Origin: Fidelibacterota bacterium
GTDB lineage: Bacteria; Fidelibacterota; Marinisomatia; Marinisomatales; Marinisomataceae
Length of the DNA stretch: 41,340 nt
Reading direction: 5' to 3'
Assembly (NCBI GenBank): GCA_029253045.1
Contig: JAQXAG010000075.1
Coordinates: forward strand, 1 to 41,340
This document shows, piece by piece, positions 7,013 through 17,933 of the stretch. Below the pieces are notes generated by a model. The model saw only the letters and a program-made list of their open reading frames with translations. It ran no database searches and was not told the DNA's origin. Within the stretch, counting starts at the first letter, position 1; each line of letters starts with the position of its first letter. The position numbers and the translations under genes were made by a program.

Positions 7013-9829
7013 ATGTCTGAATTTCATAATAAACATATCGGTCCTACTTCTAAAGAAGTCACAGAAATGCTTGCTTCTCTCGAATGCAGCAGTTTAAATG
7101 ATCTGCTTGAAAAAATTGTGCCTAAAAATATTTTGGATATTGATGGCGAATCTATTGGAAATGAAAATTTTTCTGAAAATGATATTTTAAAATACGTAAA
7201 AGAACTCGGATCAAAAAATAAGATTTTTCGCTCTCTGATTGGTCAAGGTTATTATGATACCATTACACCTAATGTTGTATTGAGAAATATTTTAGAAAGC
7301 CCGGGATGGTATACGCAATATACTCCCTATCAGCCTGAAATATCTCAAGGTCGACTTGAAGCATTGCTTAATTATCAAACAATGATATCACAAATTTGCG
7401 AACTACCTATTGCTAATGCATCTTTATTAGATGAAGGAACTGCAGCGAGCGAAGCAATGCTAATGTTCTACAGAAAGAATAGGTCTAGCTCTAATAAGTT
7501 TCTTATTGATGAAAACTGTTTTCAGCAAACTATTGATGTTATTGTGTCGAGAGCAGAACCCCTTGGTATTGAAATTGAGATTACATCATATGAAAATTTT
7601 GATTATACAGATGCATTTGGATGTATTGTTCAGTATCCAGATCGTTTTGGAAGAATCTCAAATCCTAACGCCTATAAAAAAATAACTGACGCTGCACATG
7701 AATGTAACTGTAAGGTAATTTTTGCTACAGATTTAATGTGCTTACAACTATTTAAAGCTCCAGGTTCTTTTGAAGCAGATGTTGCAGTAGGAAATAGTCA
7801 GCGCTTTGGAGTACCATTAGGTTATGGTGGACCTCATGCAGCTTTTATGACCACCACAGAAGAATTTAAACGAGATATCCCTGGAAGAATTGTAGGGGTA
7901 TCGCAAGATAGGCGAGAGAATCAAGCTTATAGATTAACGCTTCAAACTAGAGAGCAACATATTAGAAGAGAAAAGGCTACATCTAACATTTGTACTGCTC
8001 AGGTTCTGCTTGCAATTATTTCAAGTATGTATGCTATTTTCCATGGCCCAAAAAAATTGAAAGAGATTGCAAATAAGATTCATAATCATACTAAAAATCT
8101 TGCAGAAAAATTATGTGATCAAGGGCATGAGATTATTCTTGATAACCAATCATACTTTGATACTTTATCCATCAAATTAAATAATTTAGATCACAAAACT
8201 CTTGAAGAGAGAGCTTTGAATAAGCTATTTAATTTTAAATATCATGATGATGGCTTAGTAGGTATTTCATTAGATGAAAAAACTTCTGATAGTGAAATAG
8301 AGCAAATTTCTAGATTATTTATTACAGATTCTAATTCAAAAAGTACTAGTCCAATCTTTAATACAACAAGAGATGGGGTAACTTTACAACATTCTATTTT
8401 TAATAGTATTCATTCAGAAACTGAGATGTTAAGATATATTCATAAGTTAGAAAAAAGAGATTTATCTCTCAACCATAGTATGATTCCATTAGGATCATGT
8501 ACCATGAAATTGAATGCTACCGTAGAAATGATTCCTATTAGTTGGCCAGAGTTCAATACTATTCATCCTTTTTCTCCTGCGAGCCAAACAATAGGTTATA
8601 AAACAATGATTGATCAATTAGAGGTGATGTTATATAAAGTAACTGGATTTGACGCTGTATCATTTCAGCCTAATTCTGGTGCACAGGGAGAATATGCCGG
8701 ATTACTCACGATTCAAGAATATCATAAACATAATGATTCTGATAGAAATATATGTATTATTCCAGAATCTGCACATGGTACAAACCCAGCAAGCGCAATT
8801 ATGGCCGGCTTAAAGGTGGTAATTGTTAAATGTGACGATAATGGTAATGTTGATTTTGAAGATTTAACAAATAAGGTGAAGGATGCTGGAGATAAATTAT
8901 CTTCTCTTATGGTCACTTATCCATCTACCCATGGAGTTTTTGAGCATAATATTGATGAAATCTGTACTTTAGTTCATGATAATGGTGGACTTGTTTATAT
9001 GGATGGTGCAAATCTAAATGCAATGGTTGGAGTATGTAAGCCAGGCAATTTTGGTGCAGATGTGATGCATATTAATCTACATAAAACATTTTGTATTCCT
9101 CATGGTGGTGGTGGACCAGGAATGGGGCCCATATGTGTAAATGATAAACTAAAACCTTACCTACCCAAACATCATTTTACCGATGAAGACTATTCCTACT
9201 CTGTTTCATCCTCTCCTTATGGAAGTGCGAGCATATTATTGATATCATATATTTACATGAAATTAATGGCTGGTCAAGGACTGCTCAAAGCGTCGCAGAT
9301 AGCAATCTTAAATGCGAATTATATGGCAAAAGAATTAGAAAATGATTATACAATTTTATACCGTGGTAAAACTGGATTAAATGCGCATGAGTTTATTATT
9401 GACTGCAGAGAATTCAAAAATACTTCAGGAATTACCAACGAAGATATTGCAAAGAGATTGATTGATTATGGATACCATGCACCAACAATGTCATGGCCTA
9501 TACCTGGTACGTTAATGATTGAACCTACTGAAAGTGAGTCGAAAGATGAGTTAGATCGGTTCTGCTCAGCGATGATTCAAATTAAAAAAGAGATTGATGA
9601 AATTACAGAAGGTAAGGTCCCGAAAGATAACAATGTTCTTGTAAATTCGCCTCATACAATTCAAGATATTTGTGATGATTGGGATCGTCCTTATAGTAAA
9701 AATAAGGCTGTATTTCCAAAAGAATGGATAAAAGAGAATAAGTTCTGGCCATATGTATCAAGAATTGATAATGCTTATGGTGATAGAAATTTCTTCTGTG
9801 TCTGTCCAGATATAGAGAGCTATAAATAA
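7013..9829 (+). CDS. gcvP: Glycine dehydrogenase (decarboxylating), single-chain P protein
   Basis: YTPYQPEISQGRLE, TREQHIRREKATSNICTAQ, PLGSCTMK, QPNSGAQGE, NLHKTF (PLP lysine), PHGGGGPG. Confidence 0.97.
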   Translation: MSEFHNKHIGPTSKEVTEMLASLECSSLNDLLEKIVPKNILDIDGESIGNENFSENDILKYVKELGSKNKIFRSLIGQGYYDTITPNVVLRNILESPGWYTQYTPYQPEISQGRLEALLNYQTMISQICELPIANASLLDEGTAASEAMLMFYRKNRSSSNKFLIDENCFQQTIDVIVSRAEPLGIEIEITSYENFDYTDAFGCIVQYPDRFGRISNPNAYKKITDAAHECNCKVIFATDLMCLQLFKAPGSFEADVAVGNSQRFGVPLGYGGPHAAFMTTTEEFKRDIPGRIVGVSQDRRENQAYRLTLQTREQHIRREKATSNICTAQVLLAIISSMYAIFHGPKKLKEIANKIHNHTKNLAEKLCDQGHEIILDNQSYFDTLSIKLNNLDHKTLEERALNKLFNFKYHDDGLVGISLDEKTSDSEIEQISRLFITDSNSKSTSPIFNTTRDGVTLQHSIFNSIHSETEMLRYIHKLEKRDLSLNHSMIPLGSCTMKLNATVEMIPISWPEFNTIHPFSPASQTIGYKTMIDQLEVMLYKVTGFDAVSFQPNSGAQGEYAGLLTIQEYHKHNDSDRNICIIPESAHGTNPASAIMAGLKVVIVKCDDNGNVDFEDLTNKVKDAGDKLSSLMVTYPSTHGVFEHNIDEICTLVHDNGGLVYMDGANLNAMVGVCKPGNFGADVMHINLHKTFCIPHGGGGPGMGPICVNDKLKPYLPKHHFTDEDYSYSVSSSPYGSASILLISYIYMKLMAGQGLLKASQIAILNANYMAKELENDYTILYRGKTGLNAHEFIIDCREFKNTSGITNEDIAKRLIDYGYHAPTMSWPIPGTLMIEPTESESKDELDRFCSAMIQIKKEIDEITEGKVPKDNNVLVNSPHTIQDICDDWDRPYSKNKAVFPKEWIKENKFWPYVSRIDNAYGDRNFFCVCPDIESYK

Positions 9830-12800
9830 TTAATATTTAAAGTATTCTTGGAGCGGTTCTACACTAATCTTATTCATGTTTGACATTGCTTCTATAGCAG
9901 CTTTAGCGCCAGCCAGAGTCGTAATAGTTAAAACATTTTTCATTACTGAAGTCTTTCCAATAGCTTCTTCATCATATCTCGATTGGGCACCATGTGGCGT
10001 ATTAATTACTAAATGAACATTATCGCTCAAAATTTCATCTACTATATTTGGACGACCTTCTCCGACCTTAAAAACGGGAGTACAATTGATATTGTTTTCT
10101 AATAAAAACTCTGCGGTTCCTTTTGTCGCAATAATTGTGAAATTGAGTTTTTCTAAATCTTTAATTATTGGAAGTGCTCGTTTTTTATCTATATCAGTGA
10201 TAGAAACAAATGCTGTACCTGTTGTTGGCACAGTATATCCATCAGATTGCATTGCCTTTAAAAAAGCTATACCTGGTTCACTATCAATTCCCATTACCTC
10301 GCCTGTTGACTTCATCTCTGGACCTAAAAATACTTTCTCATCTTTAAATTTTTTAAATGGTAGTACTGCCTTTTTAACAGCGGTATGTTTGAAATTATTC
10401 TCTTTAAGATTAAAATCTTTAATTTTTTTACCTACTGAAAGCTGTGCAGCAATATTTGCTAATGGAACATTACTATATTTACTCACAAATGGCACTGTCC
10501 TACTAGATCTTGGATTTACTTCAAGAACGTAAACTTCATTATCTTTTACTGCAAATTGTAAGTTGATTAATCCTACCACATTTAACTCTAATGCTAACTT
10601 AGTTGTCATATCTATAATATCTTTTTTGACTTTACTGCTCATATCATAGGGAGGTAAAACACATGATGAATCTCCAGAATGTACACCCGCTTCTTCAATA
10701 TGTTGCATAATGCCAGCAATAAACACCTCTTCTCCATCACATAAAGCATCAACATCAAACTCGAATGCATTTTCAATAAATTGATCAATAAGTATTGGAT
10801 GGTCATTTGTTGCTTCAGCTGAGCGGAAAACATAATCTACAAGTTGTTCTTTATTATAGACAATCTGCATAGCTCTTCCGCCTAACACATAGCTTGGTCT
10901 TACCAGTACTGGGAATTGAGCAATTTCTCCGAAATTGATAATTTCTTCATAATTTTTTGCAATACAATATTCTGGTATTTGAATTTTTAATTTTTTAATA
11001 ATTTTAGCAAATTCTTCTCTGTTTTCAGCCAAATCAATACTAGCTGACGAAGTACCAAATATTTTTACACCTTCATTTGTTAATTGTTCAGCTATTTTTA
11101 GAGGTGTTTGACCTCCAAACTGAACAAGAACTCCATCAGGTTTTTCAAATTCAATTATATTCATAATATCTTCAAATGTAATTGGTTCAAAGTATAATCG
11201 ATCTGCTAAATCAAAATCAGTTGAAACTGTTTCTGGATTACAATTCACCATAATAGATTTATACCCAGCCTCTCTAAGTCCATACACTGCTTGAACACAG
11301 CAATAATCAAATTCAATTCCTTGGCCAATACGATTTGGTCCTCCGCCTAAGATCATTACCTTTCGTCCATCAAGCGGTTTAATATCATGTGTTGATTCAT
11401 AAGCAGAATATGAATATGGTGTTTCTGCAGTAAACTCTCCAGCACATGTATCTACAACTTTAAATACTGGCTTTAAGTCTCGCTCTTTTCTCATGTGCCT
11501 TATTTCTTCAGCTGTTCTGTTAGTTAGTGCACCTACTTGAATATCAGAGAATCCATTTTTTTTGAGCAATTCTAAGTCATCTAATGAATTATGATGATTT
11601 TCCAAATAAACAATCTCTGCTATTTCATTTAAGAACCAAGGATCGATACCAGTATTATTATGAATTTCTTCTATTGTAAACTTTTCTTTAATCGCTTCTT
11701 TCACTTTTAAAATTCTGAATGCGCTTCCATCATTGAGAGATGATATATCTAGTGATCGATAGCGCTTAATCTCCGGATCTTCATTTCTTGGATCTTTAGT
11801 TGAAAGTCCTGGTAAATTTAACTCCAATGATCTAAATGCTTTCTGGAATGATTCTCTGAATGTTCTACCAATAGACATTGCTTCGCCTACGGACTGCATT
11901 TGTACTCCTAATTTTCCAGATGCCGAAGAGAATTTTTCAAAATCAAATCTTGGTAACTTTGTTACGATATAATCAATTGTTGGTTCAAACGCAGCTAGTG
12001 TTTTATTAGTAATGTCATTTTTTAATTCATCCAAAGAATAACCTACTGCTAACTTGGCAGCTATTTTGGCAATTGGAAAGCCTGTTGCTTTAGAAGCAAG
12101 TGCAGATGAACGACTTACCCTAGGGTTCATTTCAATAATTACCATTCTACCATCTTTTGGGTTAATTGCAAATTGAACATTAGAGCCTCCCGTATCGACT
12201 CCAATTTTTCTAATACATTTTATTGCTGCATTTCTCATATGCTGAAATTCTTTATCTGTTAAAGTCATTGCTGGAGCTACCGTTATAGAATCTCCTGTAT
12301 GTATTCCCATAGGATCTATATTTTCAATAGAGCAAATAATAATAACATTATCATTAGGGTCTCTAATAAGCTCTAATTCATATTCTTTCCATCCTAATAA
12401 ATATTCTTCGACTAGTACTTGGCCTGTAGGACTTTCTTTCAGTCCTTTTTCAATAGAGCCTTCAAATTCTTCTTCATTATATGCAACAGAACCGCCCGAA
12501 CCTCCAAGTGTGAAAGATGGCCTAATAATAGCAGGTAAAGAAATATTATCGAGCAATTTTTTTCCTTCTTCTAATGATTGAATAGTATGTCCATATGGCA
12601 AATCTAAACCAATATCGAGCATTGCTTCTTTAAACTGCTCTCTACTTTCTGCTGTTTCAATAGCTTTTTTATTAGCACCGATGAGCTCTACATTATATTT
12701 TTCTAGAATTCCCTGATTATCTAAATCCATCGCTACATTTAAAGCTGTTTGTCCGCCTACTGTAGGTAAAATAGCATCTGGCTTTTCTTTTTGAATAATT

Positions 12801-13027
12801 TCTTCAACATATTGTACTGTAATAGGCTCAATATATGTTCTGTCAGAAAATTGTGGATCTGTCATAATCGTTGCGGGGTTCGAGTTAATTAATACAACTT
12901 TATATCCTTCTTCTTTTAGTGCTTTAATAGCCTGTGTTCCAGAATAATCAAATTCACAACCCTGACCAATGACAATCGGTCCCGCACCAATGACTAGAAT
13001 TGTTTTAATGTCTGTTCTTTTAGGCAT
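9830..13027 (-). CDS. carB: Carbamoyl-phosphate synthase large subunit
   Basis: [30 protein letters not shown] start, duplicated ATP-grasp halves ([10 protein letters not shown]; EVNPRSSRT), C-terminal MGS-like domain. Confidence 0.98.
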   Translation of the reverse strand: MPKRTDIKTILVIGAGPIVIGQGCEFDYSGTQAIKALKEEGYKVVLINSNPATIMTDPQFSDRTYIEPITVQYVEEIIQKEKPDAILPTVGGQTALNVAMDLDNQGILEKYNVELIGANKKAIETAESREQFKEAMLDIGLDLPYGHTIQSLEEGKKLLDNISLPAIIRPSFTLGGSGGSVAYNEEEFEGSIEKGLKESPTGQVLVEEYLLGWKEYELELIRDPNDNVIIICSIENIDPMGIHTGDSITVAPAMTLTDKEFQHMRNAAIKCIRKIGVDTGGSNVQFAINPKDGRMVIIEMNPRVSRSSALASKATGFPIAKIAAKLAVGYSLDELKNDITNKTLAAFEPTIDYIVTKLPRFDFEKFSSASGKLGVQMQSVGEAMSIGRTFRESFQKAFRSLELNLPGLSTKDPRNEDPEIKRYRSLDISSLNDGSAFRILKVKEAIKEKFTIEEIHNNTGIDPWFLNEIAEIVYLENHHNSLDDLELLKKNGFSDIQVGALTNRTAEEIRHMRKERDLKPVFKVVDTCAGEFTAETPYSYSAYESTHDIKPLDGRKVMILGGGPNRIGQGIEFDYCCVQAVYGLREAGYKSIMVNCNPETVSTDFDLADRLYFEPITFEDIMNIIEFEKPDGVLVQFGGQTPLKIAEQLTNEGVKIFGTSSASIDLAENREEFAKIIKKLKIQIPEYCIAKNYEEIINFGEIAQFPVLVRPSYVLGGRAMQIVYNKEQLVDYVFRSAEATNDHPILIDQFIENAFEFDVDALCDGEEVFIAGIMQHIEEAGVHSGDSSCVLPPYDMSSKVKKDIIDMTTKLALELNVVGLINLQFAVKDNEVYVLEVNPRSSRTVPFVSKYSNVPLANIAAQLSVGKKIKDFNLKENNFKHTAVKKAVLPFKKFKDEKVFLGPEMKSTGEVMGIDSEPGIAFLKAMQSDGYTVPTTGTAFVSITDIDKKRALPIIKDLEKLNFTIIATKGTAEFLLENNINCTPVFKVGEGRPNIVDEILSDNVHLVINTPHGAQSRYDEEAIGKTSVMKNVLTITTLAGAKAAIEAMSNMNKISVEPLQEYFKY

Positions 13028-14114
13028 TTGAATCCATCATATTGAAAAATTTCTTAAAAACATACCTTGAATCATGTGGCCCCGGACTTGCTTCCGGATG
13101 GTATTGAACTGAATATGCCTTCATATCTTCGCATTCGATTCCTGCAATAGTATTATCATTAAGATGGGTATGTGTTACTGTAATATTAGATGCTAAGGAA
13201 TTATCACTAACAGCAAAACCATGATTTTGGGATGTTATTTCAATTTTATTAGTTTTTAAATTTTTGACAGGTTGATTAATTCCTCGATGTCCAAATTTCA
13301 TTTTAAATGTTTTAGCTTCTAGTGCTAAAGCTAAAATTTGATGACCAAGACAAATACCAAATATAGGTTTTGTTCCTAATAACTTTTTAACCGCTTCAAT
13401 TCCATATGATACTGCTGAAGGATCTCCCGGTCCATTAGAAAGAAATATACCGTCGGGGTTATACTTCAATACCTCTTCTGCTGTTACAAATGCCGGGAAA
13501 ATAGTTACTTCTGCATTATTTGCTAGCAGTATATCATAAATATTACTTTTCATGCCATAGTCAATAGCTGCAATTTTATACTTTGGGTTATCTACAATAC
13601 AAAGAGTTGTTTTTTCTTTTCTAGAAACTTCCTTTGCTAAATCTAAACCTTCCATCGAAGGTATATCTTTAATTTTTTTGGCTAAGCTATCAATATCAAA
13701 ATCATTGGTAGAAATGATTCCTTTCATTGATCCATTATTTCTAATATGAATAGTAAGGGCTCTCGTATCAATATCCTGTATACCAACAACTCTATTTGAT
13801 TTTAAAAATTCTTCTAATGAACTACTAGATCTCCAATTTGAAGGGGATAACGATTCATTTTTGATAATAAACCCTGAGGCATGTATATTTGAAGATTCTA
13901 TGTCGGATTCGTTCGTTCCATAATTACCAATATGTGGACTACACATAACAATCATTTGCTTTGCGTAAGATGGGTCAGTTAAAATTTCTTGGTATCCTGT
14001 CATCCCAGTATTAAAACATACTTCTCCGGATGTTTCCCCTAACGAACCAAGACTTTTTCCTTTAAAAAAAAGACCATCCTCTAAAAATAGGATAGCCTTT
14101 TGGTGTTTTCGCAT
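13020..14114 (-). CDS. carA: Carbamoyl-phosphate synthase small subunit
   Basis: [43 protein letters not shown]. Confidence 0.98.
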   Translation of the reverse strand: MRKHQKAILFLEDGLFFKGKSLGSLGETSGEVCFNTGMTGYQEILTDPSYAKQMIVMCSPHIGNYGTNESDIESSNIHASGFIIKNESLSPSNWRSSSSLEEFLKSNRVVGIQDIDTRALTIHIRNNGSMKGIISTNDFDIDSLAKKIKDIPSMEGLDLAKEVSRKEKTTLCIVDNPKYKIAAIDYGMKSNIYDILLANNAEVTIFPAFVTAEEVLKYNPDGIFLSNGPGDPSAVSYGIEAVKKLLGTKPIFGICLGHQILALALEAKTFKMKFGHRGINQPVKNLKTNKIEITSQNHGFAVSDNSLASNITVTHTHLNDNTIAGIECEDMKAYSVQYHPEASPGPHDSRYVFKKFFNMMDSNA

Positions 14115-14143
14115 GAGTAGATTTTACCCCATATATATTAAAA

Positions 14144-14908
14144 TTAAAACCTTATTTTTTTACCTGTATGCATTGTTCGCACTGCTGCTACAGTTGATAG
14201 AGTTGTAAATATAATCAAAAAGATAAAAGATGACTTAAAGTCAGCATCTGAAACTCCTAATGTTGTATATCTTAAAGTATTAATAGCATAAAAAATTGGA
14301 TTTATCAAGCTGATCGTTGTTGCCCAAGCTGGTAACATCTTTATGGAATAAAAAATTCCTCCAAGAAAGCTAAATGGTGTGATTATAAAATTTTGAATTA
14401 GTGCTAATTGATCCCAAGAATCAGATAGCTGTCCAATTAGTAGTCCTAGGCTAGCAAAAGACCATGACACAAGAAAGATAGCGATTAAGGTCAAGGGTAA
14501 GTCATTGATTGGCATACCAGCAAGCCAACAAATTAATAATATCAATGTGCCGTTAACAAATCCTCTGACTGCTCCTCCTATAATAAATGACAAGGATAAT
14601 TCTAAACTAGATAAAGGTGTAATTAATAGCTCCGGTAATGTTTGAAGGAGTTTCATTTGGAGCATAGAGGAGGCTGTATTTGCCGTAGCATTTGTAATAA
14701 CATTCATCATCAATAATCCAGGGAGAATATAAATCTTATAAGAAACGCCACTGATTTCTGAAATTCTATTCTCTAGAGCTACTCCAAATACAAATATATA
14801 TAGTAGTGTTGTTATTACACCAGGTATAATTGTTTGTCTCCAAACAGAGAAAAATCTCATAACTTCTTTTGAAGATAAAGTATAAAAACCTATCCAATTA
14901 CTAATCAT
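14144..14908 (-). CDS. ABC-2 type transporter permease (YadH-like)
   Basis: About six hydrophobic helices; 'YILPGLLMM', 'FLGGIFYSI', 'NPIFY'; directly follows an ABC ATPase. Confidence 0.88.
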   Translation of the reverse strand: MISNWIGFYTLSSKEVMRFFSVWRQTIIPGVITTLLYIFVFGVALENRISEISGVSYKIYILPGLLMMNVITNATANTASSMLQMKLLQTLPELLITPLSSLELSLSFIIGGAVRGFVNGTLILLICWLAGMPINDLPLTLIAIFLVSWSFASLGLLIGQLSDSWDQLALIQNFIITPFSFLGGIFYSIKMLPAWATTISLINPIFYAINTLRYTTLGVSDADFKSSFIFLIIFTTLSTVAAVRTMHTGKKIRF

Positions 14909-15827
14909 TAATTTTTCTCCCCGTTAAATCTAGAAAGACATCTTCTAGTGAAGCTTTAGGAAGCTGGACATCTTCAATTCTGATATTATTCTCGGATAAT
15001 TTTAATATGATTTTTGGTAAATCTAAATTGGGCTGCTTTGTTAAAATTTCTATTCTATTTTGATTGATAGCAGGATTAAAGTCTTTTAGAATAGTATCTA
15101 AATTTGGAAAATTCTCTTTCGTGTGAATAATGATTCCTGATTTATTCACCATATTTTTTAAATTTTTAACGGTATCTTCCACAATCAACCTGCCATTATC
15201 TATAATTCCAACTCTTTCACATAAAAGTTCGGCCTCATCAATATAGTGAGTGGTTAATAATATAGTTTTTCCTTCTGCGTGAAGCTCATTAAGATATTTC
15301 CATAAATCATGTCTCAACTCTACATCAACTCCCGCAGTAGGTTCATCTAAAATCAGAATTTGTGGATCATGTACTAGTGCTTTAGCAATTTGTAGTCTTC
15401 TTTTCATTCCCCCGGAAAGCATTCGCATTTTTTTATTACGATGCTCATATAAGCCTAGTTTATTAAGAATATAGTCAATTCTCTGTTTTGAATTTTTTCT
15501 GGTCACGCCATAATATCCAGCTTGGTAGTACAATAATTCTTCTACTGGAAAAAAGAAGTCATTGCTCAATTCTTGACAAGCAATTCCAATTTGAGATCTA
15601 GCATACCTAAAGTCTGATACAATATTTTTTCCTAAAATTTTTACTTCTCCATCAGTAGGCTTAACTAGGCTGGTAATAGCATTAATAGTTGTGGATTTTC
15701 CCGCACCATTGGGACCAAGAAGGCCATAGAATTCTCCTTTTTTAATAGATAGATCAATGCCCTTAACAGCATATACATCATCATATTTTTTATGCAGATT
15801 AATTATTTCAATGCCAAGATCTTTCAA
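14901..15827 (-). CDS. ABC transporter ATP-binding protein (YadG/DrrA-like)
   Basis: TTG start after AAAGGGG; Walker A GPNGAGKST, LSGGMKRR, ILILDEPT, TTHY; C-terminal SLEDVFLDLTG. Confidence 0.93.
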   Translation of the reverse strand: MKDLGIEIINLHKKYDDVYAVKGIDLSIKKGEFYGLLGPNGAGKSTTINAITSLVKPTDGEVKILGKNIVSDFRYARSQIGIACQELSNDFFFPVEELLYYQAGYYGVTRKNSKQRIDYILNKLGLYEHRNKKMRMLSGGMKRRLQIAKALVHDPQILILDEPTAGVDVELRHDLWKYLNELHAEGKTILLTTHYIDEAELLCERVGIIDNGRLIVEDTVKNLKNMVNKSGIIIHTKENFPNLDTILKDFNPAINQNRIEILTKQPNLDLPKIILKLSENNIRIEDVQLPKASLEDVFLDLTGRKIND

Positions 15828-15847
15828 CTATTTCCCCTTTTGAATTT

Positions 15848-15884
15848 TATATATAGCTCTTAAATATTCATCTATATATAGCTC
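15848..15884. repeat. 12-bp direct repeat, candidate operator
   Basis: TATATATAGCTC at 15848-15859 and 15873-15884 (25-bp period), immediately downstream of the predicted -10. Confidence 0.55.
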
Positions 15885-15913
15885 ATTATAAATATCTTCT
15901 CCAAAAGATGCAA
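15885..15913 (-). promoter_or_regulatory. Sigma70-type promoter for the ABC transporter genes
   Basis: Minus strand TTGCAT-N17-TATAAT (-35 at 15908-15913, -10 at 15885-15890). Confidence 0.6.
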
Positions 15914-15932
15914 TCATATGCTGCTAGCATAT

Positions 15933-17933
15933 TTAATTAATAAATTTGTCTAATTCGGCTTCTCTGATAACTTCTATATTTAAAGCTTCAGCTTTTTTCA
16001 GCTTTGATCCTGCGTTGTCTCCGACAATCAAAAAGTTTGTTTTTGAGGAAACTGAGCTTGAAACCCTACCACCTTTATTCTCTAATATTTCTTTTATTTT
16101 ATTTCGGTTGTGATTTTTAAAACTTCCGGTAATGACAAATATTATGTCTTTAAATTCTCCAGAATTTTCAAAAATGGTTTGATTAATATTTACACCATTA
16201 GCATAGCAGCTATCAATTAACTCTTTATTTGAAGAAACATTAAAAAAGTCTATAATTGATTTTGCTACAATTAGACCTACGCCATCTATATTTTCTAACT
16301 CTTCTAAGGATAGTGTTGATAAATGTTCAATAGAAGACTTACAATGAATATCCAATATTTTTGATATATGTTGACCTACATTGGGAATACCAAGTGCAAA
16401 TAAAAATCTAGGAAACGTTGTTTTTTTAGATTCATTAATTGAGGTAATAAGATTCATTGCAGATTTATCTTTAAATCGTTCAAGGTTAATTAAATCGTCA
16501 TATTTTAATCTATATATATCATCAAAACTCTCTAAAAGGTCTGCTTCTAATAATTGTTTAACAATTTGTGGGCCCATACCTTCAATATTCATGGCATTTT
16601 TGGAGCAAAAGTGTTCAAGCATTCCCATTACTCTAGATTTACAATTTGGATTTATACATCTGTAAGCGGCTTCTCCATGAATACGTTCGATTTTACAATT
16701 AGGGTCAGGCCAATTAAAATCACTAATTGCAAACTTCTGTGTATTTTTAGGCCTTTTTCCTTTTAAAACTTGGGTAATTTTAGGTATTACATCTCCTGAT
16801 CTTTCTACTATCACATAGTCATTAATTCTAATATCTTTTTTATCAATTTCATCTTGATTGTGTAAAGTAGCGCTGCTAATTATTGTTCCAGATATTTCTA
16901 CTTCTTTAATTTTTGCTACCGGAGTAATAACTCCTGTTCTTCCTACTTGAAGAACTATATCTATAATCTGCGTTTCTGCATTTTTTGATTTGAATTTTGC
17001 AGCAATAGCCCATCTTGGAGATCGCGCTCTATCACCTAATTTAGATCTTAGTGCATAATTATCAACCTTGATAACAGAACCATCAATTTCATATGGAATA
17101 CTTTCTCTTCTATGCTCTAAGTCTCGATGATAAGAAATCATACTATCAATACAATCAATTTTCTTTGCTAAAGGGTTGACTGGCAAACCTATAGATTTAA
17201 GATATGATAACATATCCCAGTGAGTATTTGTGTCTAAACCTTTACTCGCCCCGAGTTCATAACAGAATATAGATAGCTTCCTCTTTGCAGTGATATGCGG
17301 ATCCAGTTGCCTCACACTTCCAGCTGCTGCATTTCTGGCATTAGCAAATAGCTTTTCATCATTCTGAGATCTTATTTCATTCAATCTGGCAAAGTCAGAT
17401 TTTAACATAAAGATTTCTCCTCTAATTTCTAAAAAATGAGGATAATTTTTTCCTCTTAGAATCATAGGTATGGCATTAATAGTCTTAATATTGTGCGTAA
17501 TGTCTTCCCCCGTAAAGCCATCTCCTCTGGTAAGCGCTCTTATCAAATTACCATTTTCATAAATTAATGAAACGCCTAAACCGTCAATCTTCGGTTCAGC
17601 CACATAGGAGGTTTTACTTTGATCTAACCACTTATTAATTCTTTGATTAAACTCTGAGATTTCTTGCTCATTTATAGCATTGGATAGAGAAAGCATAGGA
17701 ATCTCGTGGTTATAATTTTGAAATCCACTTTTTATAGGATGACCTACTCTCTGCGTTGGAGATAAAGGTTCAACTAATTTTGGGTTAGCTTTTTCTAAAG
17801 ATTCTAGCTCTCTAAATAAATTATCGTATTCTGCATCGCTTAAATATGGCTGATCTAATACATAATATGCATAATTATGCTCGTTAATCTGGCTAGTTAA
17901 GTTCTTTATCTTTTCTTTAATTTTTGATTCCAT
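15933..17933 (-). CDS. ligA: NAD-dependent DNA ligase
   Basis: YY...P..SDAEYD, MLSL, EPKIDG (KxDG), TRGDG, RNAAAGS, PRWAIA, VGRTG, HhH repeats, C-terminal BRCT. Confidence 0.97.
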   Translation of the reverse strand: MESKIKEKIKNLTSQINEHNYAYYVLDQPYLSDAEYDNLFRELESLEKANPKLVEPLSPTQRVGHPIKSGFQNYNHEIPMLSLSNAINEQEISEFNQRINKWLDQSKTSYVAEPKIDGLGVSLIYENGNLIRALTRGDGFTGEDITHNIKTINAIPMILRGKNYPHFLEIRGEIFMLKSDFARLNEIRSQNDEKLFANARNAAAGSVRQLDPHITAKRKLSIFCYELGASKGLDTNTHWDMLSYLKSIGLPVNPLAKKIDCIDSMISYHRDLEHRRESIPYEIDGSVIKVDNYALRSKLGDRARSPRWAIAAKFKSKNAETQIIDIVLQVGRTGVITPVAKIKEVEISGTIISSATLHNQDEIDKKDIRINDYVIVERSGDVIPKITQVLKGKRPKNTQKFAISDFNWPDPNCKIERIHGEAAYRCINPNCKSRVMGMLEHFCSKNAMNIEGMGPQIVKQLLEADLLESFDDIYRLKYDDLINLERFKDKSAMNLITSINESKKTTFPRFLFALGIPNVGQHISKILDIHCKSSIEHLSTLSLEELENIDGVGLIVAKSIIDFFNVSSNKELIDSCYANGVNINQTIFENSGEFKDIIFVITGSFKNHNRNKIKEILENKGGRVSSSVSSKTNFLIVGDNAGSKLKKAEALNIEVIREAELDKFIN

